Assembly (NCBI GenBank): GCA_021203905.1
Contig: JAJQAG010000004.1
Span: 65,090 to 129,089 of the forward strand
DNA: 64,000 nt
Source of the DNA: Coprobacillus sp.
Lineage (GTDB): Bacteria; Bacillota_I; Bacilli_A; RFN20; CAG-826
Reading direction: 5' to 3'
The notes under the pieces were generated by a model that saw only the letters and a list, made by a program, of their open reading frames with translations, ran no database searches and was not told the origin of the DNA. The position numbers and the translations under genes are program-made. Positions 42,246-51,695 of the stretch are shown here, one piece after another; within the stretch, counting starts at the first letter, position 1; every line of letters begins with the position of its first letter.

Positions 42246-43391
42246 ATGGGACACGCACAAAGATTATTCCGTTGCCATAGATGTGGAACTGTATTACAGT
42301 CCGAGAACCCCGAACAACCCGGCTACATTCCTGCATCTGTGCTTTCACGTGAGGTTTTATCCACTCACGTTTTATATTGTCAAAAATGCTTTGACACCAT
42401 CGAAGGACTGAACAAAAGTGAACTTGATACCTCTGTCGATGAAGATATTTTAAGAATGCTTGATGACGCGGTGGCCACTGACGCCGCGATTATCTGGATT
42501 GTCAATCTCTTTACCTTCTCAGGAATCCTCTCTCCCGCGGTGATAGAGAAAGTCAAACATCTTCCTGTGGCGGTAGTGGGGACAAAAGTGGATTTGTTCC
42601 ACTCTAAAACTGACTTAACCGCTCCTTTCTCTGTCTTTCTTCAAGACCGCTTTATTGAAGCGGGTATTACCCCAGAGTATGTCAAAGTCGTTGGGAAGGG
42701 AGATAATAAAGAAGCCGCCGATTTCATTAACTTTGTTAATGACTTTAGAAAAGGGAGAGATGTCTATCTCATTGGAGAGGTTGGTAGTGGAAAGACCACT
42801 CTCATCAATAGATGTCTTCTTGCTTATGAGAATAATTCCGAGTGGCAGATTAAGAGAGAGTACTATCCTGGCACTAATGAAATGGTCTTAGAGATTCCTC
42901 TCTCGAATTCAAACTTCTTATATGAACTACCAGGAATTAGTAGAAACTACTCTGTGCTTGCAAAAGTAGAAAAAGAAGTGCAGAGGATGATTACTCCAAA
43001 GAATGAAGTCAAGGTGACCACGAAAACACTCAAACCTGGAGAGTGCCTCATGCTCGGTGGTCTCGCTGCTTTTGCCCTCTATGAAGGGAAGGAGACCTCC
43101 TTTAGAGTGTACGTTTCTGAGGGAGTGGAGATTAAAGTGGTGCCTTGGAATAAATATGAATCCATCTTTCAAAAGAACTTACATACGAGAGAGGTAAGAC
43201 CAGTCAGTGAGAAACTCACCGACTTCATGGACTTTGATCTCTTTGAGTATCAAATGGAAGATGATTGGAATAAACACGATATCGCGATTGAAGGTTTAGG
43301 ATGGGTCACCTTTGTGGCGATGGGCCAAACTATCAGAGTGAGACTCCCCCATCAAGCCGCGGTCAAAGAAGCCAAGAGCAGATTAGGCTAA
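42246..43391 (+). CDS. yqeH: Ribosome biogenesis GTPase YqeH (circularly permuted GTPase)
   Basis: N-terminal zinc ribbon (CHRCG…CQKC), then TKVDL…GEVGSGKTT, with the permuted G-motif order. Confidence 0.85.
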   Translation: MGHAQRLFRCHRCGTVLQSENPEQPGYIPASVLSREVLSTHVLYCQKCFDTIEGLNKSELDTSVDEDILRMLDDAVATDAAIIWIVNLFTFSGILSPAVIEKVKHLPVAVVGTKVDLFHSKTDLTAPFSVFLQDRFIEAGITPEYVKVVGKGDNKEAADFINFVNDFRKGRDVYLIGEVGSGKTTLINRCLLAYENNSEWQIKREYYPGTNEMVLEIPLSNSNFLYELPGISRNYSVLAKVEKEVQRMITPKNEVKVTTKTLKPGECLMLGGLAAFALYEGKETSFRVYVSEGVEIKVVPWNKYESIFQKNLHTREVRPVSEKLTDFMDFDLFEYQMEDDWNKHDIAIEGLGWVTFVAMGQTIRVRLPHQAAVKEAKSRLG

Positions 43392-43392
43392 G

Positions 43393-43689
43393 ATGTTAAA
43401 TAAGAGACAAAAGAGTTACTTAAGAAGCGAGAGCAATAAGCTTAAAAACAAGTATCAAATTGGGAAGAATGAAATTACTGACCAAGTGATCGAGATGCTT
43501 GATGAGGGCTTAAAAGCTCATGAACTTATTAAAGTGAGCCTTCTTAAAACTGTGAGTCTCAGTGCGAACGGAACAGCGATTGTTCTTGCCCAGTCTCTCA
43601 ATGCGGAGATTGTTCAGGTCATTGGGAGAGTTATTACCTTATATCGGGCTAACAAGGATAATCCCATGTATAAGATTAATAAATTATGA
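43393..43689 (+). CDS. yhbY: RNA-binding protein YhbY/YqeI (CRS1 domain)
   Basis: 98 aa with a CRM-domain pattern. Conserved position before nadD. Confidence 0.8.
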   Translation: MLNKRQKSYLRSESNKLKNKYQIGKNEITDQVIEMLDEGLKAHELIKVSLLKTVSLSANGTAIVLAQSLNAEIVQVIGRVITLYRANKDNPMYKINKL

Positions 43690-44774
43690 GTAATATTATT
43701 CTCTTCCTTGGTGATTTTAACCCCATTCATAATGGGCATATTAATATGGCCTTAAAAGCCAGTGAATGGTTAGAGGCGAGAGTGATTTTTGTGCCCTCAA
43801 AAGTTTCCGTGTGGAAAGATGAGAGCGTCTCTCATTATCACAAACTCAACATGCTTCACCTCGCTCTTGATAAGTATCCTCAATTTTCCATTGATGAGTG
43901 GGAACTAAATCAAGAAGCGGAGCATACTTATTCCATTGAGACAATTAGACACTTTAAAGAAGTCTATCCTAGTGACAGACTGCATCTTTTAATTGGTTAT
44001 GATCATGTCCAACTCTTTGATCAATGGAAAGACGCCCTAGAGATAAGTGAGCTCGCTCAAATTATCTTTTATGCGAGAAACGGGCAGGAGTGGAATAGTG
44101 AAAATATCGAAAAGTATCACATGGAAGGAATATACGGGAGTGAGTATAGTGTCTCCTCCACTGATATCAGAGCACTAAGAAATGCGGACACCCCCATAGA
44201 GGTATTAGAGTATATTGAAGATAATGAACTCTATTCCATCCCCATGATTAAAGATATGATGAAACCCAAGAGGTGGGAACATGTTAAAAGTGTCGCTCAT
44301 CTCGCTCTTGAGATTGCTCAAAGAAATAACATCTTTGCCCCTTGGAAACTCTATGTTGCGGGTCTTATCCACGATATGGCTAAAGATATCGATAAAGACG
44401 AAGTCTTAGAGAGAATGGAGACAGAATACCCTCAGTATGCGGATATGCCTTATCCTGTCTTTCATCAGTTTATTGGTGCGGATCTCGCTTGTGAGATTCT
44501 TGAAATCGAGGATCCAGATATCCTCTCGGCGATTTGGTGTCATACGACAGGGAAAGCAAATATGAATGCTTATGAGATGATCTTATTTGAAAGCGATAAG
44601 ATTGAACCCACGCGAGGATTTGATTCTCAAGAATTAATCGAGGCGTGCTTAAACGATTATTATGATGGCTTTAAGAAAACATTAGCCGCGAATAAAGAAT
44701 TCTTAAAACAGATGAATAGTGAGATTGATAACTCTCTCACTGATGAATGCTATGCTTGTTATCACATTGAGTAA
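43686..44774 (+). CDS. nadD: Fused nicotinate-nucleotide adenylyltransferase NadD and HD-domain hydrolase YqeK
   Basis: N-terminal GDFNPIHNGH (HxGH nucleotidyltransferase). The C-terminal half has HD motifs (HVKSVAH…LIHDMAK) typical of YqeK. The single ORF is 362 aa. Confidence 0.85.
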   Translation: MSNIILFLGDFNPIHNGHINMALKASEWLEARVIFVPSKVSVWKDESVSHYHKLNMLHLALDKYPQFSIDEWELNQEAEHTYSIETIRHFKEVYPSDRLHLLIGYDHVQLFDQWKDALEISELAQIIFYARNGQEWNSENIEKYHMEGIYGSEYSVSSTDIRALRNADTPIEVLEYIEDNELYSIPMIKDMMKPKRWEHVKSVAHLALEIAQRNNIFAPWKLYVAGLIHDMAKDIDKDEVLERMETEYPQYADMPYPVFHQFIGADLACEILEIEDPDILSAIWCHTTGKANMNAYEMILFESDKIEPTRGFDSQELIEACLNDYYDGFKKTLAANKEFLKQMNSEIDNSLTDECYACYHIE

Positions 44775-44893
44775 TTAGACATCTGGTAATTAGCTTTTAT
44801 AGATTCTCATGGTGACATGGGGATTTTCTTTTAGACATTTTCCTCACTAGTGGAGTGGGATCTCTCTTAATCCTCAACTGCCACTCTAATACT

Positions 44894-44902
44894 TGATATA
44901 AT
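44894..44902 (+). promoter_or_regulatory. Orphan extended -10 promoter element TGaTATAAT in the yqeK-permease intergenic region
   Basis: A perfect TGnTATAAT with no ORF downstream before the terminator at 45057-45093. Confidence 0.45.
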
Positions 44903-45056
44903 AAACTTCGCATAATTTCCATTATGTAAACCAAATACACGCAAAAGCCTTACAGGGTAAGGACTTTAAGTGTTTTGGTTCTATTTATATATATTTAATA
45001 TAGAATCATCTTTAAGGGAGTTATCCACCGTTTGCACAGGCTTATATCTACTAAAA

Positions 45057-45093
45057 AACTACTAGCACTATTCCTTCTAGTAGTTCTTTTTTC
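45057..45093. terminator. Bidirectional intrinsic terminator
   Basis: AAAAAA-AACTACTAG-cactattcctt-CTAGTAGTT-CTTTTTTC. Confidence 0.7.
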
Positions 45094-45119
45094 TTTTATT
45101 TCTCTCTCTATTTATGATT

Positions 45120-45902
45120 CTATACTTTAATATCTGGGAGCGCTTTTCTCACAAAATGAAGAATAAGATCAATGACCGCCATAATAATAAGACACATAAC
45201 AACAACCGCTAATATCTGTTTCATATCGGCAATCTGACTCCCTTGATAGATAAGTCTTCCTAATCCATGGATACGAGAGTTCCCACATAAGATCTCCGCC
45301 ATAAGAGTGACCTTAAGACCAAGACTCAGAGATTGAACAACTCCCACCGCAATATAAGGACCACTCATCGGTAAGACAACTTTAAAAAGAGAATTAGGTC
45401 GGTACACTGGTCCATCAAGTCTAAGGACATCCATCGTCTCTTTGGGGATATTTCTAATGCCTCCTGCGACCGCTTCATATAAGATGGGAAAGATGAGTAA
45501 GAAGGTGACTGTAAAGATCGCCGCCTCTGTTTGAAAGAGACAAATTAAGACAAAGATAATTGCCGCAGTGGGTAGCATCCTTAAAATTTCTATTAAAGGA
45601 GAGAGGAAAGTATATAAGGAAGGAAGATACCCCGCAAGCACTCCAATAATAAGAGCTAAGATGAAGCATAGCGCTAAAGCGATAATTAAACGAAGAATCG
45701 TTTCTCCTATCGCTCTCCAAGTCATCCCCTCTCCAAGCATCTCAAACATATATCCAATTGTCACCCAAGGATCAGGGAACAAGGATGTCTTTAAACACGC
45801 AGAGATAAGCCACCACAAGAGCAAGACAAAGATAATCCCACAGATAATGAGAGTCCATTTATATAGGGGACGCGCCATAAAGGCTTTTAATCTTTTCATC
45901 AA
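45120..45902 (-). CDS. ABC importer permease (binding-protein-dependent, NitT/TauT-like 6-TM type)
   Basis: EAA-like loop YEAVAGGIRNIPKETMDVLRLDG. 260 aa with 6 TM. Confidence 0.75.
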   Translation of the reverse strand: MMKRLKAFMARPLYKWTLIICGIIFVLLLWWLISACLKTSLFPDPWVTIGYMFEMLGEGMTWRAIGETILRLIIALALCFILALIIGVLAGYLPSLYTFLSPLIEILRMLPTAAIIFVLICLFQTEAAIFTVTFLLIFPILYEAVAGGIRNIPKETMDVLRLDGPVYRPNSLFKVVLPMSGPYIAVGVVQSLSLGLKVTLMAEILCGNSRIHGLGRLIYQGSQIADMKQILAVVVMCLIIMAVIDLILHFVRKALPDIKV

Positions 45903-45908
45903 CGTTAA

Positions 45909-46922
45909 TTAAAACATTAAGTAATGACTAAAGTCGTCATCAATTCCTAATGTGGTAAGGAAAGTAGTAAAGTCAAGAGACTCACTCTCTTGTGCACTCA
46001 CCACTGCTAAACCATTAGGTTCACCATTACTGGCTTTCGTTTGCACTTTATAGACAATATCACCACCCACTCCAATAGTGTCAGCGAGCTCCTCTGGATA
46101 ATTATTCATCGTATCTCTGACCAAAGCGGGATCATTAATCACCACGTCTATTGATTCTTCAAGCTGTGCGAAGAAATCTTCGTAATACTCAGGATAACGA
46201 TTATAGTAAGTCTGACTGACAAAGAGTCCCGCTTGAGGAATCACGGGAGCGAGTTCAGTGGCTTGTGCCCACAAGTCTTTAAGAGTGGCCACCACATGAT
46301 AATCACTCGGATCTTCAACGACATTAGTTAAAGCATTAGTTAAGGATGGTTCCGCGGCAATGACATAGTCAACATACTCACCACCATTCTTCTTGGTTGA
46401 CATAATCCCAGGGATCTGATCCGCGCCACTGACAAGATCTAGGCTCGCTTCACCAAGTTCTGGATAGAGATATTTAAACACTCTTACAGGGACTGAGGTT
46501 TCGCTTCCAAAGCCGACAACATAACTATCATCACCATCCGTGGGAAGCTGGTCATTGACGACATCATCATGATCGATTCCGACAAGATAGAGATTACCAC
46601 CAGTGAGGATTCTCGCTAATTTATAATCACCTCCATTAGTGGTTAAGGAACTTAAGCCTTGTTGGAAATCAAAGACAATAACTCCATATTCTGGATCTCC
46701 TTGATCTTGGAAATGGGCTAATAAATTTGAAGGGGTTGAATAAGTCGTTAAGTGATAATTCTCGACTTGGTCATAGAATATCACCGCGGGAGCGCCGGTT
46801 GGAGATCCAATCCTTTGATAATTAGGAACCTCTTCATATTTAGAGGTACATGATGTTGTGCATAAAGCGACGAGCACTAAAGAGAAGATGATTGATTTTT
46901 TCATGTGTCTATTCCTCCTCAA
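45909..46922 (-). CDS. ABC transporter substrate-binding lipoprotein
   Basis: Signal peptide plus lipobox (ALCTTSC). 337 aa. Co-operonic with the permease. Overlaps the deoB stop by 14 nt. Confidence 0.6.
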   Translation of the reverse strand: MRRNRHMKKSIIFSLVLVALCTTSCTSKYEEVPNYQRIGSPTGAPAVIFYDQVENYHLTTYSTPSNLLAHFQDQGDPEYGVIVFDFQQGLSSLTTNGGDYKLARILTGGNLYLVGIDHDDVVNDQLPTDGDDSYVVGFGSETSVPVRVFKYLYPELGEASLDLVSGADQIPGIMSTKKNGGEYVDYVIAAEPSLTNALTNVVEDPSDYHVVATLKDLWAQATELAPVIPQAGLFVSQTYYNRYPEYYEDFFAQLEESIDVVINDPALVRDTMNNYPEELADTIGVGGDIVYKVQTKASNGEPNGLAVVSAQESESLDFTTFLTTLGIDDDFSHYLMF

Positions 46923-48111
46923 ACACTTCTTTTATTGGGGTACCAAGTAGGTTAACTGGTTTCTCAAGGTGGAAGTTATATAATACTGTGGCCCCGATAT
47001 CCGCATAGGTATCTCTTTCTTTTTCAAGGTACTTTCCATGCTTGAAGCATGGAGAATAAATAAGGTTGGGAACCTTTTCTCGGGTGTGATCGGTTCCACT
47101 CCAAGTGGGATCATTACCATGATCTGCGGTCACAATTAATAAGTCATCATCGTTTAAAGATTCCATTAATTCTATAAGTTGTTTATCAAAATCTTCTAAG
47201 GCTTTCGCGTAGCCTACTGGGTTACGACGATGGCCATACTCGCTATCAAACTCCACGAGATTGACAAAGCAAAGTCCGGTGTAATCATTGGCTTTCGCTT
47301 GGGCAATAGTCTTTTCCATCCCGTCAATATTAGAGAGCGTTTTTACACTTTGGGTGACTCCCGCACCATTAAAGATATCGGAGATTTTCCCTACACAAGA
47401 TACGGTATAACCGTGATCTGCTAAGACATTCATCACTGTGGGAATACTTGGACTTAAAGCGTAGTCATGGCGGTTTGGAGTTCTTTTAAAGTTATCTTTA
47501 TTATCCCCAACAAAGGGACGAGCGATGATTCGCCCCACCATCCACTCTGGTTTCATACACATCTCTCGGGCTATTTCACAACAACGATATAATTCCTCTA
47601 CTCCAGTGGTCTCTTCGTGAGCAGCAATTTGAAGCACACTATCACTTGATGTATAGACAATAAGAGAATTATCTCTTTTTTGTTCTTCTCCGAGTTGTTT
47701 AAGAATTTCTGTTCCACTTGCGGCGTAGTTACCAATGACTTTATGTCCCGTCTTCTCTTCTAGTTCATCTATTAATTCTTTGGGGAAACCATTATCAAAG
47801 AAGGTGACAAAAGGATGAATGGTATTAATACCCATCATCTCCCAGTGTCCCGTCATCGTGTCTTTACCATTAGAACGCTCTATGGCTCTCACACTATAGG
47901 ATTGAGGATGATTCACAATACTTGTTCCTTTAATGGGAGCGAGATCACCGAGTCCTAAAGCGTTCATATGAACAAGGTTTAATCCTCCGACATAGTCGGC
48001 AATATGACAAAGAGTGTTCGCCCCTTCATCCCCAAATTCTCCACTTCTAGGTTCACTTCCACAACCAACACTATCAAGAACGATAACAAAAATTCTCTTA
48101 TATTCTTTCAT
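46909..48111 (-). CDS. deoB: Phosphopentomutase
   Basis: VIVLDSVGCG metal-binding N-terminus, alkaline-phosphatase-superfamily motifs. 400 aa. Confidence 0.92.
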   Translation of the reverse strand: MKEYKRIFVIVLDSVGCGSEPRSGEFGDEGANTLCHIADYVGGLNLVHMNALGLGDLAPIKGTSIVNHPQSYSVRAIERSNGKDTMTGHWEMMGINTIHPFVTFFDNGFPKELIDELEEKTGHKVIGNYAASGTEILKQLGEEQKRDNSLIVYTSSDSVLQIAAHEETTGVEELYRCCEIAREMCMKPEWMVGRIIARPFVGDNKDNFKRTPNRHDYALSPSIPTVMNVLADHGYTVSCVGKISDIFNGAGVTQSVKTLSNIDGMEKTIAQAKANDYTGLCFVNLVEFDSEYGHRRNPVGYAKALEDFDKQLIELMESLNDDDLLIVTADHGNDPTWSGTDHTREKVPNLIYSPCFKHGKYLEKERDTYADIGATVLYNFHLEKPVNLLGTPIKEVFEEE

Positions 48112-48138
48112 AGTTTTTGTTTCCTTATTTATTCTATA

Positions 48139-49020
48139 TTAATTCTTATTAATATACAAATCATACGCACTGATGATACGTTTAGTGGAGAGGTGGGTGT
48201 AAATTTGGGTGGTGGCAATGTTGGCGTGGCCTAACATTTCTTGTACTGCCCTCAGTTGTGCTCCCCCTTCTAACATGTGTGTAGCGAAGCAATGCCTTAA
48301 GGTATGAGGAGAGATTTCTTTCTCAATTCCCGCTTCATCAGCATACTTTCTAATGACCTTAAAGAAGTATTGTCTGGTTAAGGGTTGACCATATTTAGAG
48401 AGGAAGAGATATTTACTTGAAGCATTAGGATTCTTATTTCTCACTTCATTGATATATTTCACAATATACTCACAAGCATAGTCTCCAAGAGGAACCTTTC
48501 TCTGTTTGCTCCCTTTTCCTATCACCGAGACTATCTTATTTTTAAGATCCACTTTACTCCTCTCTAAAGAGAGTAATTCAGAGACACGGAGACCCGTGGC
48601 ATACATCGTTTCTAGCATCGCCCGATCTCTAATCCCATCTGGTTTTTTCATATTAGGAGCGTTTAATAAGTCTTCCACCTCTTCCATAGAGAGACAGATA
48701 GGTAGATGAGAGGGTTTCTTTGGAGAGGGAACATCTAAGATTTCATCTTCTATATAACCCTCTTTCTTAAGAAAGAGATAGAAGCTTCTTGTGGAAGAGA
48801 GTCTTCTTAAGGCGGTGGGCACACTTCTTCCAATCGAGAGCTCATAATTAAGGAACTGAGCGAGGTCAGTTCCTCTTAAATCAGAAGTATCCCTTTTATC
48901 TTTAAAGTATTCAAAGAAGAGCTTTAAATCTTCATAGTACTCTTTAAGGGTTTGTTTGCTTAAACCTTTATCCGCGAGGATATATTGTCCAAAGTCATCG
49001 AGAGCGGTTTCTATATCCAT
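48139..49020 (-). CDS. xerD: Tyrosine site-specific recombinase XerD (RipX-like)
   Basis: Catalytic R…HxLRH…Y motif (HTLRHCFATHMLEGGAQLRAVQEMLGHANIATTQIYTHL). ripX-drm(deoB)-like synteny. Confidence 0.8.
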   Translation of the reverse strand: MDIETALDDFGQYILADKGLSKQTLKEYYEDLKLFFEYFKDKRDTSDLRGTDLAQFLNYELSIGRSVPTALRRLSSTRSFYLFLKKEGYIEDEILDVPSPKKPSHLPICLSMEEVEDLLNAPNMKKPDGIRDRAMLETMYATGLRVSELLSLERSKVDLKNKIVSVIGKGSKQRKVPLGDYACEYIVKYINEVRNKNPNASSKYLFLSKYGQPLTRQYFFKVIRKYADEAGIEKEISPHTLRHCFATHMLEGGAQLRAVQEMLGHANIATTQIYTHLSTKRIISAYDLYINKN

Positions 49021-49022
49021 AC

Positions 49023-50201
49023 TTACTTCCTTTCTAGGTCACTCATCCTCGTGAGGACATCTTTCTTAAATTTTCTATTGAGTTCATTAATTAAGAGTTT
49101 GGTTTCACTCTCTTCTTCATACTTCTCGTAGTCAAATAAAGACATTTGTATGGCCATATCTCTTATAGAGATAAGGTTTTGTAAGGTCACTCCCACAAGA
49201 CGAACTTCCACATCATCAAAATTCTTATGATATAAGTCTCGACTAATCTCATAGATCGCTCCTTCATCATTAGTGGGAGTCTCAAAAGTCTTAGACTTAT
49301 TATGACTAATAAAGGATGTATCTTTCACCGTTATCTGAACAGTATAACCAATCTTTTCTTCTTTCTTGGCGCGCCTTGCGACTTCCTTAGAGAGAGATAA
49401 TAACATCTTCTCAATCTCTATGGGGTTGGCGGTATCATGGGTTAAGGTGGAGGAGTTACCGATCGATTTGGGATCCGCGTCCTCTGTGGGCACAATATCA
49501 TTACTCTCCCCAACCAGTTCCTTCTTCACATCATCTAGATACTTTCCAAAGATACTCTCTAGTAAAGGATCATGATTATCGATGTGCTCTTTTAAGTCTC
49601 CGATAGTATCGATTCCTATTCCTTTTAGTCTTGGCGCGGTCTTTTTCCCAATCCCATACATATCCTCTATAGGTAAAGGATATAGAATATCCTTTATATC
49701 TCTATTTCTAATAATGGTGATTCCTTGAGGTTTCTTATAGTCACTTCCCATCTTCGCTAAAAAGAGGGTCGTGGCCACTCCGATAGAACACTTAAGTTGG
49801 GTTTCTTTATATAAGTCTTGTTGTAACTTACGAAAGAAAGAAACCACATCTTTGACATCTTTTAAAGTCTCACTAAAATCCGCGTAGGCTTCATCTATAC
49901 TCGCCATATGGATAATCGAGGTATATCTTTGTAAGAATTTTTGAAACTCACTGCTCTTTTTGAGATAGAAATCAAAATCCACAGGCTTAAGGATGAGATG
50001 AGGGCAGAGCTTCACCGCTTGAAAAGTGGGCATTCCACTTCTTACCCCTTTTTCTCTCGCTTCATAAGAGCAAGTGGAGATAATTCCGCTTCGACCTAAA
50101 TGGCCAATACCCACAGCCTTATGCTCTAGAGAAGGATCTTTAATCTCTTCGCAACGGACAAAGAAGGTATTTAAATCAATGTGAACAATTATTTTTCTCA
50201 T
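49023..50201 (-). CDS. dinB: DNA polymerase IV (DinB, Y-family)
   Basis: N-terminal IIVHIDLNTFFVRCE (the VDMDAFFAS-type motif). 392 aa. Confidence 0.9.
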   Translation of the reverse strand: MRKIIVHIDLNTFFVRCEEIKDPSLEHKAVGIGHLGRSGIISTCSYEAREKGVRSGMPTFQAVKLCPHLILKPVDFDFYLKKSSEFQKFLQRYTSIIHMASIDEAYADFSETLKDVKDVVSFFRKLQQDLYKETQLKCSIGVATTLFLAKMGSDYKKPQGITIIRNRDIKDILYPLPIEDMYGIGKKTAPRLKGIGIDTIGDLKEHIDNHDPLLESIFGKYLDDVKKELVGESNDIVPTEDADPKSIGNSSTLTHDTANPIEIEKMLLSLSKEVARRAKKEEKIGYTVQITVKDTSFISHNKSKTFETPTNDEGAIYEISRDLYHKNFDDVEVRLVGVTLQNLISIRDMAIQMSLFDYEKYEEESETKLLINELNRKFKKDVLTRMSDLERK

Positions 50202-50344
50202 CAGTATTATTATAAATAAAAATACTGATTATGTTAACCAAGAATAGGAAACCAGTCGTGGTTTCTCTTTTCATTATCGTTAAGATTCTCAGTATTAAAA
50301 GAAAATTAAACTATAAGAATAAATATACTAGAAAACTACTAATA

Positions 50345-50539
50345 TTATTCTTTTCCCACTATTTCTTTGATTTTCTCTTCAGTTTCATTGAGGAGTTTTT
50401 CGATTGAATTGATGAGTTCTGTCGCACGATTATAAAGGACTAGTGTCTCATCAAGGCCAAGATCACTATCTCCCATTTTGGCGACGAGTTCATCAAGTTC
50501 ATCAAGCTGACTTTTGAGTTCACTCTTTTTCTCTGGCAT
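50345..50539 (-). CDS. xseB: Exodeoxyribonuclease VII small subunit. The likely start is MPEKK at 50539, since the ORF opens at 50587 overlapping xseA.
   Basis: Coiled-coil ~65 aa (…LDELDELVAKMGDSDLGLDETLVLYNRATELINSIEKLL) immediately after xseA. Confidence 0.8.
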   Translation of the reverse strand: MPEKKSELKSQLDELDELVAKMGDSDLGLDETLVLYNRATELINSIEKLLNETEEKIKEIVGKE

Positions 50540-50540
50540 A

Positions 50541-51695
50541 TTACCTCTCCTTCTTATCACTAACTTTACTTCTGACTTGCCCATCACTGGTCACTGTTAT
50601 TAGTTCATCATTGATGTTGATATTTTTTACGGACTTCACTACTTTTCCATTTTTATCATAGGTAATTGTGTATCCTCTAGAGATAACCCCATAGGGGTTA
50701 AGGGATTCCACTAATGCTTTCTTGGAATTAAATCTCTCTCTTATTATCTCTACTTTATGAGTAAGGATATTAGATATCTGCTTTTTAGAGAAAGCGAGAT
50801 CTGCTTTGATGTCATCAACCTTATTAGAGATAACTTCTTTAATCTTAAGGGATGTATCAAAGAGTCTTTGCTCTATCTCTTGAGTGTCTGCAACCGCGGC
50901 TTCCGCTGCTCCTGTGGGAGTGCTCACCCTTAAATCCGCCACTAACTCCACGAGGGTAACATCAATTTCGTGTCCCACCGCGGCAATCACCGGACAGTTA
51001 GAGGAGGCCACCGCTCTAACAAAGGCCTCATCGTTAAAAGCGCCAAGATCCTCACTCGCTCCTCCCCCTCTTGAGATAATAAGTGTGTCTAAGTCATAGG
51101 TTTGAGAGAGTTTAAAGGCTCTAAGTAGATCTTTAGGAGCCCCTTCTCCTTGCACTTGACTAGGAAAGAAGTATATTTCTACCGGTTTATATCTCCGATA
51201 TATATTTGTGGTGATATCGGTTATCGCCGCACTTCCTTTTCCAGAGATCACTCCGATTCGCGTGGGATAGGTATTAATCTTTCTCTTTCTTTCAGGATCA
51301 AAGAGTCCTTCACTGGCGAGTTGTTTACGGAGTTTCTCAAGTTCCATTAAGGCTTTACCTGTTCCCACCTCTTCCACTTGATAGGCATTAAGTTGATAAC
51401 TACCTCGCGCGGTGTATAGATCGACACTGGCTAAGACCACAACTTCCATCCCGTCTTGAAGAGTGAAATCAAGAGTGCGGTTATACATGGAAAAGAAAGT
51501 GACATTGACTAGTGATTCTTCATCTTTAAGAGAGAAATACATATGTCCAGCCTTAGGCTGGCACTTAAAGTTAGAGACTTCACCTTTCACTAAAACATAA
51601 CGGAGATTCTCATCTTCTTTTAAGACCTTCTTCACGTACTCATTGATTTGGGTCACGGAATAAATAAGAGATTCATCCATATCGGAGATTTTCAT
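50541..51695 (-). CDS. xseA: Exodeoxyribonuclease VII large subunit
   Basis: N-terminal OB-fold (VKGEVSNFK) and a conserved catalytic domain. nusB-xseA-xseB order. Confidence 0.9.
   Translation of the reverse strand: MKISDMDESLIYSVTQINEYVKKVLKEDENLRYVLVKGEVSNFKCQPKAGHMYFSLKDEESLVNVTFFSMYNRTLDFTLQDGMEVVVLASVDLYTARGSYQLNAYQVEEVGTGKALMELEKLRKQLASEGLFDPERKRKINTYPTRIGVISGKGSAAITDITTNIYRRYKPVEIYFFPSQVQGEGAPKDLLRAFKLSQTYDLDTLIISRGGGASEDLGAFNDEAFVRAVASSNCPVIAAVGHEIDVTLVELVADLRVSTPTGAAEAAVADTQEIEQRLFDTSLKIKEVISNKVDDIKADLAFSKKQISNILTHKVEIIRERFNSKKALVESLNPYGVISRGYTITYDKNGKVVKSVKNININDELITVTSDGQVRSKVSDKKER

Noticed and set aside
50255-50275. GAAACC-agtcgt-GGTTTC hairpin as an xseB terminator
   Set aside because: On the minus-strand transcript it is followed by CUAUUCUUGG rather than a U-run, and dinB appears co-transcribed downstream.
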